A stretch of DNA of 64,000 nucleotides from the human T2T-CHM13v2.0 reference genome, Homo sapiens, in NCBI RefSeq assembly GCF_009914755.1, contig NC_060939.1. One strand, 5' to 3'. Position numbers and translations under genes: made by a program. The notes under the pieces were generated by a model, which worked only from the letters and a program-made list of their open reading frames with translations, searched no databases and was not told the origin of the DNA. This document shows, one piece after another, positions 44,876 to 59,399 of this stretch. The number at the start of each line of letters is the position of its first letter. Positions within the stretch are counted from its first letter, which is position 1.

Positions 44876-45470
44876 TAATAGAGTGCTTATTATGAGAGGT
44901 TATTAAGTAGTAATTAAGTAATTTCCTAATAAGGAATAAAATTTGAAGAATTGACTTTGAAAGAAAGGAACAAGTTAGGTAGGAAGTATTTGGTTGTTTA
45001 ACCTTAGAACAAAAAATCCTTATTGCATTTTTGAAAGGATCAGATTGAATTGCCTCCTAGACATATGCTTACAAGAAGACATTGCTTTGGTAGTCACCAA
45101 GGTACAGAGCCAGTCTTCTCCACCTCCATTCCACATTTTGATGCCTGCTAGGTTGAGAATGACTGTTGTAATGAGTAACGATTAATGAAGGGAATGGATT
45201 CTATCCCTCATAAATGTTACAGAGTAAAGATAGTTGAGAAACACTGTTCTAAGCTCCATGCTGACTATGTCAGGGATGCCTGCAGCTGCAAAGAACTGAA
45301 AACTTGCTGTCCAATGACTTTAAGAAATAGGAGTTTATTTTTCTAACATAACGAAGTGTGGAGATTGGCAGACTGGGGCTGTGCAGCACCAATCTCCGCA
45401 AGGATCTAGGCTCGTCCTTTCTTCCCGTTCTGTTTTTATTCTTTTGGTTGCACCTCCAGGCATTATGTCC

Positions 45471-45583
45471 AAGTTAAATTTTCCCTGGGAAATAAGCTGT
45501 CATGGGAATTTGTACATAACTGTACAGAGTACATGTGTACTTAACATAATTCCAGAATTACCAGTTTTTATAACCATGATAAA
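45471..45583 (+). repeat. 113-bp direct repeat, copy 2, inside an MLT1-like LTR relic
   Basis: Single difference: T44387 versus C45497. Confidence 0.97.
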
Positions 45584-45667
45584 AGCCCTTTCCAGGGGCT
45601 TTTGCCTCTTTGGCCAAAGTATCAGTGGCCACTCTTAGCTTCAAGAAGGCTGAAAGATGGAATAATC

Positions 45668-45982
45668 AAGGTCTTCTCTTACTCATGGGGGATATGTTCC
45701 AAGACCCTCAGTAGACACCGGAGACTATGGGTACTACCAAACCGTGTATGTACTGTTTCGTATATATTTTTTTCTATACATACATAGCTATGATAAAACT
45801 TAATTTATAAATGAGGCACAGTAGAGATTAATAATAACTAATAATAAAATAGAACAGTTATAACAATGTACTGTAATAAAAGTTATGTGAATATGGTCTT
45901 TCTCTTTCAAAGTATCTTATTGTGCTGTTCTGCAGGTAACTGAAACCACAGAAAGCCAAACCATAGATAAGATGGGGTACTG
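45668..45982 (+). mobile_element. Tigger2 derivative (Tigger2a/MER8-like)
   Basis: gggggatatgttccaagaccctcagtag...aataaaagttatgtgaat...gtaactgaaaccacagaaagccaaaccatagataagatggggtactg|ta. Confidence 0.8.
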
Positions 45983-46244
45983 TATTTTACCTTTACATCT
46001 TTTACAATAGAGAAAGGAAAGGGAGAAGTGGTTGGGAGTGGGTGGTGAGTGAACCAGCCTAATCTATCTGCGTTACCAACCTGATGCCTTCTCTTATTCT
46101 GACTTTAGATAGAGTTCAACACAGATTATTTGATTTCTGCTTTTTTACTGCCATTTTATCCTTTTGCTTCCCAAATTTATACTCAGGGTATCTCTATGGA
46201 AGTGGGCACATCTTAGACATTGATTACATTTTGATCTTGTATGA

Positions 46245-46669
<425 letters not shown>

Positions 46670-47466
46670 TAGAAACATGTCAAAATCTAGGTAGTCTCAA
46701 AATGTAGATTTTGAGTAACTCTTTAAAAAAAAAAATTATAAAGATGGAGTTTTACTGTCAACCTGGCTGGAGTGCTCTGACATGATGATAGCTCACTGGA
46801 GCCTTGAACTCCTGAGCTCAGGAGATCCTCCCACCTCACCCTCTCAAGTAGCTGATTTGGGTGACTCTCTTAAGTAGATCTCTGAATTTGAAACTATTGC
46901 TATTTTTAAGGAGAGGAGAAATCAGTGGTGTCTCCATGTATGATGGAGGACAGTTAACATCAGAGAATTAGAATGAACAGCATAATGGAAACATGAATGA
47001 CTATGTTGAATGAAGGGGAAGATGGTGGAGAGACTGGCCTGGCTGGAGTGAAAGGTAGTTTTGAGAGAGTACCTGTTACTGGGCAACAGGGCCTCTGGTG
47101 GTGTAAAGCCCCCAGGCACCCTTTATCTCAGGTCATCTTATTCACCCTTTCTTTTGTCCTTCCTGTCTGCTTGCCTTTTTAACCACAGTACTGCTTAGTC
47201 CTCCAGTAGAGCCGGGACTTAGTGTCCAAATCCTACCTTGCAGCCTTTGGAAGAAAATCCTGTATTTAATTTTTTAGGAGAGTTTTTATCATTTAGAAGA
47301 ATCACAAAAAGACAAGAACATTGCAGACGGTACAGAAAGTCTCATTTTTATGTGTATACAAAAATATATGTAAATATGCTACTTTTAATAAAAATAAAGT
47401 ATATGTTGTTTTGTAACCCTTTTTTTCACTTAATATATCATGAACATCTTTCCATGTCATTGAATA

Positions 47467-47541
47467 CAGGTATCCCTTGCTATCTGAATCTACTTGGTTT
47501 CTGAGTCAGGGAGCTTGAGTTCAGGTAGAAAGGGATACCTG
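47467..47541. mobile_element. 75-bp palindromic Tc1/mariner-Tigger-type MITE
   Basis: TA|caggtatcccttgctatctgaa ... ttcaggtagaaagggatacctg|TA. The 22-bp terminal inverted repeats have 2 mismatches. Confidence 0.8.
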
Positions 47542-47708
47542 TACTTCTCTGTGGCTTCTAATAGCTGCACAATATTGCCTGTATGAATGCATTGTGGTTT
47601 AGTTAACAGACCTTTGAATATTGAGGCTGATAGTAACTTTTCTCTATTTATAAATAAACTTTGTATGTGCTAATACTTACATTTTTGTGCAAACTTATCA
47701 TTATATAG

Positions 47709-48038
<330 letters not shown>

Positions 48039-48424
48039 TGATCCACCTGCCTTGGCCTCCCAAAGTGTTGAGATTACAGGCATGAACCACTGCACCCGGT
48101 CTGGTTCCAGTCTTTACCTTGGACTAAAAAGAACAAAAACTCACTCAAGTAAAAAATAGGTTGCAGTTTCCAGACATCCAAAGACAAAGGAAGAAAGCAT
48201 AGTCAAGTTTCAGGGAACCAGAATTTCTAAGCCAGAGGCAGTGTTCTGTTTGTCACTTAAAGGCTGCCTGGTTTCCTTATTTTCTGTTTCTTTTTGAATA
48301 TCCAGTCTTCCATCTCTACAGCCTACTTCACTTACTCATTTTTGTATAATGCCCAATATGGCCACTGCTGACCATTCTTGTATGTTATGACTGGATTACT
48401 AACCGGTTAAGAGTGTACCTCTAG

Positions 48425-48655
<231 letters not shown>

Positions 48656-49801
48656 TAGGCTGGTCTTGAATCCTGGCTTCAAGTGATCCTCCTGCCTCAG
48701 CCTCCCAAAGTGCTGGGGTTACAGGTGTGATCCATTGTATCCAGCTCACCTGTTGTTTTAACCTATTTTGACTGCACTTGTCAGGAGTCTATTGCCGGTC
48801 TGGTGATCTTGCTGGTAGAGACACAAATCTGTTCATCTTGTCTTTTATGTGGACTCTTGAAAAGACTGGGTTGGGTAAGCAATGTAACAGTTTGCTTGTA
48901 ATTTGTACACATAGTACATAACTTTCCAAGGATTACCTTTACCTAACATCATCCTACTAGTCCATGTATAGCCATGTGCTCACCAACCCTCCACATTTCA
49001 ACTTTGTTTTTATTGCCAATTTCTATTCTAGATTAGGCCCTTTTGGTTCCAAGGAACAGACACTAGCTCGAGTGAAGAAGGATTTATTGTAATGATACAG
49101 CGCTCCCCAGGCCAATGAAATGTGGCTGTCTCTCAAGAAAATGGTGGTGGCCCAGAATTAAGGAAGTTGTTTATTATTTTCTCTTAGGAGCTTCAGATTT
49201 CTGCCCTGTTCCACTCTTCTGCTTCCTCCACTTCACTATAGACAAGCCTCCTCTGCCTGCTCACTTTGTACATGGCCTCAAATGGCAACCTCAGTCCCTA
49301 GCTTAGCTCTTAACACCTTTCCAGTTCAGTCTCTCTGTGTCCTGATTACACATTTCTGAGAGGTGAATCTAATTGCCCCAGTGTCTCCTTTCTCACAAGA
49401 CTTTTGGTCATCAGCCTACCAGGGGATTGGCTTTTGCGTCGCTGCTGTAGCCAAGGAGGCCACAGGCCACCGAGAACTGTAGCAGTTTGGACAGGCACCA
49501 TGAAGGACATCTGTTGTATAGTGTTAGCAAAGAATGCCAGTTTACATGCTTACCAGTAGTGAATGAGAAGAATATGTGTTTCTGCACCTTCATCAATAGT
49601 AGATATTATTTTTCTTGTTGGCTCAATTTCTGTCAGTGAATGAAGAGAAGAAAAAAAACTTTCTTCTACATTAAATTGGGGGGTTTATTGTGAAGATTTG
49701 AAGGAAATAAGGAAATTGAGGGGATCTGAGTGCGTGGTCAGATCAGACTCTTTGTTCCCTTCAGTAGGCATGCATAGAACCCATGATTCTGGCTCAGCTG
49801 A

Positions 49802-50233
<432 letters not shown>

Positions 50234-52052
50234 TGATCCACCTGCCTCGGCCTCCCAAAGTGCTGGGAGTACAGGCGTGAGCCACCACTCCCGCTCTGAT
50301 TTTTTTTTTATCTTTTATAGAGACGGGAGTCTCCTGAACTCCTGACCTCAAGCAGTCTTCCTGCCTTGGCCTCCCAGTGTGCTAGGATTACAGGCGTGAG
50401 CCACCATGCCCGGCCCATTATTCTGCTTTTCTTTTTCTCTTGGTTCTTTTTTGTTTCCATCTGTTTTCTGCCTTCTCCCTAAGTCAAGTTCAAGGTATCA
50501 CAGAACGAGGCTGAGGCAGCCTATTGGACATGACATTTGTGCTTGGCGAACTCCCTATGCCACTGGCCAGACTGTAAATTGGTTGTCTGTTGGAAGGCTG
50601 GCTCCAGGTCCCAGCTATTCATGCCAGGATGGCAAGGCTACACAGAGCCCACCAGCAATTGGTATAGAAGGAACTTTTTAGAAAGAGGGCTGTGGTATAG
50701 GCATTCTGAGGACGTGCCAGTACAGGTGAAAAAACAAAATCTTATGCAGGAATCTGTTTTGTTTTCTGCTTCCTCAGACTCTCTCAATGGCAATGTATGT
50801 ATGTATGTATGTATATATTTATTTATTTGAGACAGAGTCTTGCTCTGTCATCCCAGCTGGAGTGCAGTGGCATGATCTCAGCTCACTGTGACCTCTGTCT
50901 CCTAAGTTGAAGTGATTCTCGTGCCTCAGCCACCCAAGTAGCTGGGATTACAGGTGCACGCCACCACGCCCGGCTGATTTCTATATTTTTAGTAGAGATG
51001 CGGTTTCACCAGGTTGGCCAGGCTGGTCTCGAGCTCCTGGCCTCATGTGATCTCCCTGCCTCAGCTTCCCAAAGTGCTGGGATTACAGCCGTGAGCCATC
51101 ACGCCGGGCCCAATGGCAATATATTTTAAAAGAGAGAAAAAAAAGGTCAGAATTTATTTATTTATTTGAAGAAATAAGGTCTTGTTCTGTGGAGGTCAGA
51201 CTTTGTTTATTGGAAATCAGCCCTATCCCGCCTGGTTCTGGTTAGAGACAGAAACCCTTACTTGACTCTAGTCAGACATAGGCATGGATTAGTCCTGTTG
51301 CCAGGCCTGATGGGATTACAGGGCCTTCTAGAACAGCTTCCTTATCTTTTCTCCAGGCCCCTAGCCTTCAGCAGGGTTAGCTTTACCCTGTAGCTATGCT
51401 GGCTGGTTTCTGCTCTGGTGTCCTAGCCCCCTTTCCCAGTCTGGACTCCAAAGATGGAATCTCTTTGAGGGCTTTTGGCAGGCCTAGAGAACCTGTGGCT
51501 TCAGAGTCTTTCCCCCTTCCTTCAGGCTGATGGGTTTCTCTGTTACATGTAGTTATCTAAAGCCTGCTTACTAGAGTACTAATATTCCCTATGGGTAATT
51601 TCTTCACTACTGCTTGAACTTGGAATTTTCCATTTCTGCAAATATCAAAACCCTTTTACTTCAGTGTGCTGCTTCATGATAAGCACGGAAGATAGTTTTA
51701 AATCTGTCGTGTACAGATAATACAGATAAGGTTAAAAATCTGAGTAATTTGCCTAAGGTCACAACATATCTTCTAGGTGAGGAAACTTAGTCTTAAACTC
51801 ATATCTTCTGATTTCAAGACCAACGCCTTTTCTTTCCAATACCATTCTGTTTCCCGGTTTAGTAATGTCAGTAATAAAAAAAATTTTTTTAAGTATTTGT
51901 TGAGTATGTATTTACCGTATCCAGTTCTATAAGCTCTGTTACACACTTGGCCAAGGTCCCACAACTAATTACCGTTACCTACTAAGTGGTGGAACAGAAG
52001 CATGAACAAAAATCTTGATTCCAAAACCTATGCTTGTAAAAACCTGTTACAG

Positions 52053-52336
52053 CAGGGGTTGCAAGCTCATGTTTATAGGGATCAGAGAGGCAACGTAAAC
52101 AAGTGAAATGTTCTGCTGGGAATTGTGTGGCAAACAGGAAGGCACATGTCCTATATAGAGAGGTAGGTGCTTACTAAGTTCCAGCAGAAGTACAAGGTTG
52201 GTATTGTAAAGTTTTCTGATTGAAAGACCTGTAGTTTTTTAAATGTTGGCAGTTAAATTTAAAATGTTAAAACTCTGCAGAACAAGCAAAACATGTCTGC
52301 AAGCCAGCAGACATGAAACAGAGTTTGTGACCTCTG
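52053..52336 (-). mobile_element. MER102-like hAT element
   Basis: caggggttgcaagctca...agagtttgtgacctctg terminal inverted ends. Confidence 0.55.
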
Positions 52337-52896
52337 TACTGAGAGATACACTGTGTTTTCTAATCTTTGCAGCAGCTATTTAGCCTTGAATAGTAGAATC
52401 TGCAGTCTTGGGAGCCTTGGTTTGCCTTTCATCGGATGCTTCCCGTATACAAATAGCAGACCTCAGCATTTTTTTTTCAGAGCCGAACCACCTATTGGAT
52501 CTTCCACTAAGTAACTGATCAAAAGGATATTTATTGTTATCAGCTTATTTTAGAAGTGTGATGACACGAATTACTATACTAAACCAGTTTAAATTACCAG
52601 CATCCCAGTTCCTCCATGGCGTTTTTAATTACCTGTCCTTAAAGGGTTAGCTTTATGGATTCATAGAATTCTAGAAATTCCTGATTAGAAGAGGCAGACA
52701 TAATCCAGTGCATTTTTTTTTACTTGTTGCATGAGTCTCTAAACAATATGATTTAATTTATTGAGCTAATATTTATTGAGTACTTGTATATTTCTAGCAA
52801 ATGAAAGATGGCTAAGATAGCATCTGTGCTAAAGAAAAGACACGGTTTAGTAATGGGGACATACATGGAAAGTATATGTGAAGTACAGTACTATGT

Positions 52897-53400
52897 TGTA
52901 GCAGTTTGGGTCCAGTCAGGAGATAGAAACCACATAATAGGTTAAACAGAGGAAGCTTAATATACATAATTATTAACTATGGTAAGAGTAATTGTAATAC
53001 AGGATAATTGTATATAATACTGTAGGGCTAAGGGAGAATACCCAAGGAAGGACAAACTTGGAAGAGGTTCAGAACTCACTGGAATAGGTGTGGGTTGGCC
53101 CACAGATAACAGAGAAGTATATTGGTTTTGGCCAGGTTGGAGCTGGTCTGGAGTTGCTGGGTAGGCAGTAGGCCACCCTCTGGAGTGCAGGCAGGGATCT
53201 GATGATCAGGAACTAGTGGTGTGGGCATGCGTTGGGAAAACAGATGCTGGTAGGGGGCAAGAGCCCTTCAGAGCTCATGGGCCATGTCGGGGCTTGTAGA
53301 AGGAGTGACAGCTCAATATATGACCCTCGAGGCAGCTTACAGATGTAGTCCACATGCTGTCAGAGCAGCAGGCCTTCTTTACGGGGGTGCCTCAGTCCAG
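52897..53400 (-). mobile_element. Old LTR fragment (LTR78/79-like)
   Basis: gggtccagtcaggagatagaaaccaca...aattattaactat. Confidence 0.45.
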
Positions 53401-53489
53401 GTACTGGCACAGGCAGGATGCCTTCAGAGTGTACAGCTATGTAGGAACTCCAGCTCCTAAGTTGAGAGGGCTGTGGTGATATTAACAAA

Positions 53490-53491
<2 letters not shown>

Positions 53492-53539
<48 letters not shown>
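53492..53539. repeat. (TG)24 microsatellite
   Basis: Read directly from the sequence. Confidence 0.95.
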
Positions 53540-53542
<3 letters not shown>

Positions 53543-53629
53543 TTTAATATACAATGTAATGGTGTCCACCTTTGGAAGTTCTGCATAACTTGATGAACTC
53601 TTATTTCTCAAAGACCAATAATGTAATGA

Positions 53630-53869
<240 letters not shown>

Positions 53870-54262
53870 TGATCCACCCACCTCGGCCTCCCAAAGTGCT
53901 GGGATTACAGGTGTGAGCCACCGTGCTCAGCCTTCATTCACTTTTGAGAAACTTTTTGCCAAATGTACACATTTGAATAACCATAGTTTGTCAGTTCCTT
54001 CAAGTGAAAAACTGTTCTTTAAAAAAAAAAAAAGCTTAATTTTAGCTTGCAGCTCAATCATACAAGAGTTTTTCTGCAAGCAACTGATGTACTTTGTTTT
54101 CGAGTAGAAATATTGTATAAATATATTTCATTTTTGTCACACAGAATATTAAGACTTGACCTCAGCAGTTGAGATTTAATAAAATTAACAGTTTTTCTGC
54201 TTCTTAGGGACATTTTTAAGTGAAACTGGTATTTTGTGTGACAGTAAACAATACGAGTACTA

Positions 54263-54664
54263 CAGGTTGAGTATCCCTAATCTGAAAATCTGAAATCTGA
54301 AACTTTTTGAGCACTGACGCTCAAAGGAAATGCTCATTGGAGCACTCTGGATTTTTTTCTTTTTTCTTTTTTTAAGATGGAGTTTCACTCTAGTCTCCCA
54401 GGCTGGAGTGCAATGGCACAATCTTGGCTCACTGCAACCTCTGCCTCTAGTTCAAGCGATTCTCCTGCCTCAGCCTTCCTAGTAGCTGGAACTACAGGTG
54501 TGAGCCACTGCGTCCAACAGGGTTTCACCATGTTGGTCAGGCTGGTCTCAAACTCCTGACCTTAGGTGATCCACTCGCCTCAACCTCCCAAAGTGCTAGG
54601 ATTACAGGAGTGAGCCGCCACACCTGGTGGATTTTGGATTTTTGGATTAGGGATACTCAACCTG
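54263..54664. mobile_element. Tigger4a (Zombi/MER46) MITE with an inserted Alu
   Basis: TA|caggttgagtatccctaatc ... gattagggatactcaacctg|TA, perfect 20-bp terminal inverted repeats. Confidence 0.88.
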
Positions 54665-55282
54665 TAGTACAATTTGGTGCCACTGCTTTGAGTCCTGCTA
54701 AGGCATCAGCAGTTTAGGACCACATTTCGAAAATCACAGTATAGGGTTGGGGGACCACCTAGGGAACCTAAGTGAGAGATGATGTACTGGTGGTTGGGAC
54801 TAGATTTAATGGTGATATTGATAGAAGACAAAAAGATGTAGGAGAGAGGCATTGAGGAAAATGCCTCGATGTTTTGGCATAAACATCTGGAAGGATGGTG
54901 GTGCTATTTACTGTGCTAGGGAATGGAAGATGAGGTGATGATAAGGGGAAGGGGCAGAGGGGAAATCACTGAGTTCAAGTTTAGGTACTAGTGAAGTTGG
55001 GAACATACCAGTATTAAAGTAAACATGTTCACCTCCTGAATCGGGCATGTGGTTTTGGAGCTTAGAAGACAGACTTGGACTACAGAAAATATTTTGGAAT
55101 TATTAGTGTAGATGTAGTGATAATTGAAGCCATAGGAGCAGTTGTACTCCCTGGAGGAAGCAGTATAGAGTAAGAAAAAAAGTGAGTCTCAATATGAACT
55201 CTGAGGAACTCCTACATTTAGATATCAGATAAAGGAGTAGAGGTTAACAAGGAAGATAGGCCTACCTAGAAGTGTTAAGAAC

Positions 55283-55887
<605 letters not shown>

Positions 55888-56634
55888 ATATGTTAGAAGG
55901 AAAACTGGAGGATGGTGCTGTGGAATCCAGTAGAAAGAGTGTTTCAAAAAGGAGGTAATTATTAGCTCTTTTGAATATTGCTACAAGGCTGTTGGGATTC
56001 TAGCTAGACCTGCTTCATTCGTGTTTAAGGATAGAAATAATATTGATTAGGGCTAAGGTGAGTGGAAGGTAGAAAAGTGGGCACTTTTAGAGAATTTGAA
56101 GGAAGCAGTACTTTTGTTGTCAACTGGGGCTAGGAGCTGTTTAAATGTTGATGGGAAGAAACCAGTTGAATTGCAAACCAGTTTGCAAAAAAAGGAGAGA
56201 GGAAATGATTGATGACTCTTGAGTCCTAAAATGGTTAATGGAAATAGGATGCAAAACTCCTATAGAGAAGTTATCATTTAGTAGGAGGAAGTCCGCAGCT
56301 CCCTTAACTGGTGAAAGGGTGAATCCAGAGGCAGCAAGGCTTGTGGGTATAGTAGGAGGAAGTTGAGAGGTAGGAACTGTTAGTTTCTATTTATCAGTGA
56401 GGTAGGAAACGGGGCTAGGTCCTCTAGAAGATAAATAGAGATTAAATTTTAAGGAGAGTGGATGAAGATAAGAATTAATTGATGTGGAGTGTGGGAAAAT
56501 AAGCAGATCAGAGAAACATTAGGATTTCGAATAGTGAGGACCTGATTGAGGTTATAATCATGTGTTTACATTAGTGCCAGTTTCTCTGCGTTGATGTTTT
56601 AGGAATTTTTTCCTCATTCTTCCTCCTCAACATA

Positions 56635-57352
56635 AAACTTAAAACCACAACAAATTACCATTCATACCTGTTAGAATGGGTACTGTATAAAAGACAGACA
56701 GTGACAAATGTTGGGGAGGATATGGAGAAATGGGAAACCTCATACACTGCTAGTGGGAATGTAAAATAGTGCAGCCACTTTGGGAAACAATTTGGCAGTT
56801 TGTTAAAAAGTTAAACATAAATTTACCACGTAGCCCAGCAATATCATTCCTAAGTATCTATCCAAGAAAAATGAAAACATTTATTACACAAAGATTTTCA
56901 AATGATCTTAGCAGCATTATTCATAGCCGAAAATTGAAACCAACTTAAATGTCCTGCAGTGGGTGAATGAATAGGCAAAACTTTGGTATACAATGGAATA
57001 CTATTTGGCAGTAAAAAGAAATTGACTACAGATACTTGCTACAATGTGGATGAACTGTAAAAAGCAGGCTTAGTGAAAAAAATACAGGCATAAGAAACTT
57101 TATTTTATGATTTCATTCATATGAAATGCCCAGGAAAGGCATAGAGTAGATTGGTGGTTTCTTGGGTTAGAGAGGAGGGGGAGAGGGATTAACAGTAAAT
57201 AGGCATGAGAGATCTGTTGGGATGATGAAAATGTTCTAAAACTGATTTATGATGTTGATTGTACAACTTGGTAAACTTACGTTACAAAAATCGCTAAATC
57301 ATACACTTGGAAAGGATGAATTATAAGATATATACAATATGCCTTAATAAAC
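56635..57352 (+). mobile_element. L1MB-like 3' end, sense to IREB2
   Basis: aaaaccacaa...gacaaatgttggggaggatatggagaaatggg...gatgaaaatgttctaaaactg...taataaac. Confidence 0.85.
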
Positions 57353-57361
57353 TTAGGACTT

Positions 57362-59341
57362 GTTTTATTATTTATTTAGAGACAGGGTCTTACTCTGTCG
57401 CCCAGGCTGGAGTGCAGTGGCATGATCACGGCTCACTGCAGCCTTGACCTCCTGGGCTCAAGGGAGCCTCCCGCTTCAGCCTCGTTAGTAGTTAGGATCA
57501 CAGGTGCACACCACTGTGCCTGATGAATTTTTTATTTTCTTGTAGAGATGATCTTGTTATGTTGCCCAGGTTGTCCGAATTCCTAGGGTCAAGTGATCCT
57601 CTTACCTTGGCCTCTCAAAGTGCTGGGATTACAGGCATGAGCCACTGTGCCCAGCCAGTAAAGTTAGTTTTAAAAAAGAGAGAATAGTTCTTAAGCAGGG
57701 AGGTGATGTGGAGTGGACCAGCTGCGGGGACGGGGTGAAAAAAGAACAGGATTGGTGTTTTCTTGGGCAAATGGGGTAAAAGAACAAAGAGGAAATAAAT
57801 GTAGGGTTTGGGGAAGTGAGAGATTGAACCACATTGACCCTAACTGCCTAAGTAAGGAAAGCGTGGATAGGCTGGTGCCAACGAGTAAGGAGAAAGTCCC
57901 CACAGTATTGAAGAACAGATGTGGTAAGAGTGGGGATCAGAGAGGTTCTGAAGTTTAGGAAGCTTGCAAGATGGTATAGTTGGAGCACAAGAGCGTATGT
58001 AGAGGTGAGATGGGGAGAGTAGGGAGGAAGAAAGGAAATAAATGGGCCTTCCTGAACTTTATACCTGTTTGAAAGTGGGGACGTAGAATTAATATTGTTG
58101 AAAAAGCAAACCAAGGCTGGACATAGTGTCTCCTGCCTTTAATCCCAGCACTTTGGAAGGCCAAGGCTGGAGGATTGCTCGAGGCCAGAAGTTGGGAGAC
58201 CATCCTGGGCAACATAGGAAAATCCCATCTCTATTGAAAAAAAAAAAAGAAAAAAACCAGAGCATATGTCCATTTTTCACATCTGCTAATTTACTCTCTA
58301 TTGTTGTAACTCTTCTACTGGAATATCTACCTGTAGGTTTAATTTAAGGGTTAAATGGAATAATTTATATAAAGCACCTCTGCATCTGCCCCTTAGTCCT
58401 AAATAAACAACTGCAGATGATATTGTTGGAAAAGTTGAGGAAGAAAAGATATTTGTTATCTATTACTGCATAACAAACCAAAAGCAACAGTAAAGATTTA
58501 TGACAGTCACAGTTTCTGTAGGTCAGGAATTTGCAGTGGCTTAGTCGATAGTCCTGGCCCAAGGCCTCACTCACATGGCTGACAGGCTGGCGCTCCCTGA
58601 TGATGGAGAGGCTTCAGTTCTTTTCCATAAGGGCCTCTCCTCAGTGCTGCTCAATAGTCTCATAATAGGCTGCTGGCTTTTCACCGAGTAATCTAAGAGA
58701 GGAAGGTTGAAGCCAAAAGACTTTTATAGCCTAGCTTTGGAAGGCTCACACTGTCATCTCTGCCATACTCTAAATAGAGTCAGACAAGCAGAACTGATTT
58801 CAATACAGATTATATGAGAGCATGACTATCAGAAGGCAAGTATTATTGGTATCATCTTGGAGATTGGCTACCACAGGGAGAAATAAGAAATTTTGTTTTT
58901 GTTTTGAGAGACAGTGGTATTTTTATTCATTTGCATCTTCCCTGGCAGTAGGTCTCTAGTCATTACTTTTACAAATTTAGACAAATTTGAGATAGTTGGT
59001 GCTTCTTCATGACAAAATGTTGAGTTAACATTTGTGGGACCAGGTGTGGTGGCTGGCTTATGCCTGTAATCCCAGTACTTTGGGAGGCCAAGGTGGGAGG
59101 ATTGCTTGAGCCCAGGAGTTCGAGAACTCCCTGGGCAACATGGCGAAACCCTATTGCTACAAAAAAAAATTACGAGAATCAGCTGGGCATAGTGGTATAC
59201 GCCTGTAGCTCAGCTACTCTGGAGGCTGAGGTGGGAGGATTGCCCGAGCCCAGGAGGTCAAGGGTGTAGTGAGCCATGATCGTGCCACTGCACTCTAGCT
59301 TGGGTGACAGAGCAAGTCCTTATCTCAAAAAAAAAAAAAAA
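57362..59341. mobile_element. Antisense AluJ (57362-57656), sense Alu monomer (58115-58255), MLT1G/H-like LTR (about 58450-58875) and sense AluJ (59037-59341); grouped entry
   Basis: Alu arms read directly. The LTR reads tctattactgcataacaaacc...tctgtaggtcaggaatttg...ggctaccaca. Confidence 0.75.
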
Positions 59342-59399
59342 TACATTTGTGATTAGTGTTTTCTCGTAGCACTCTTATTTGATAATTGCTTTTTAATTT

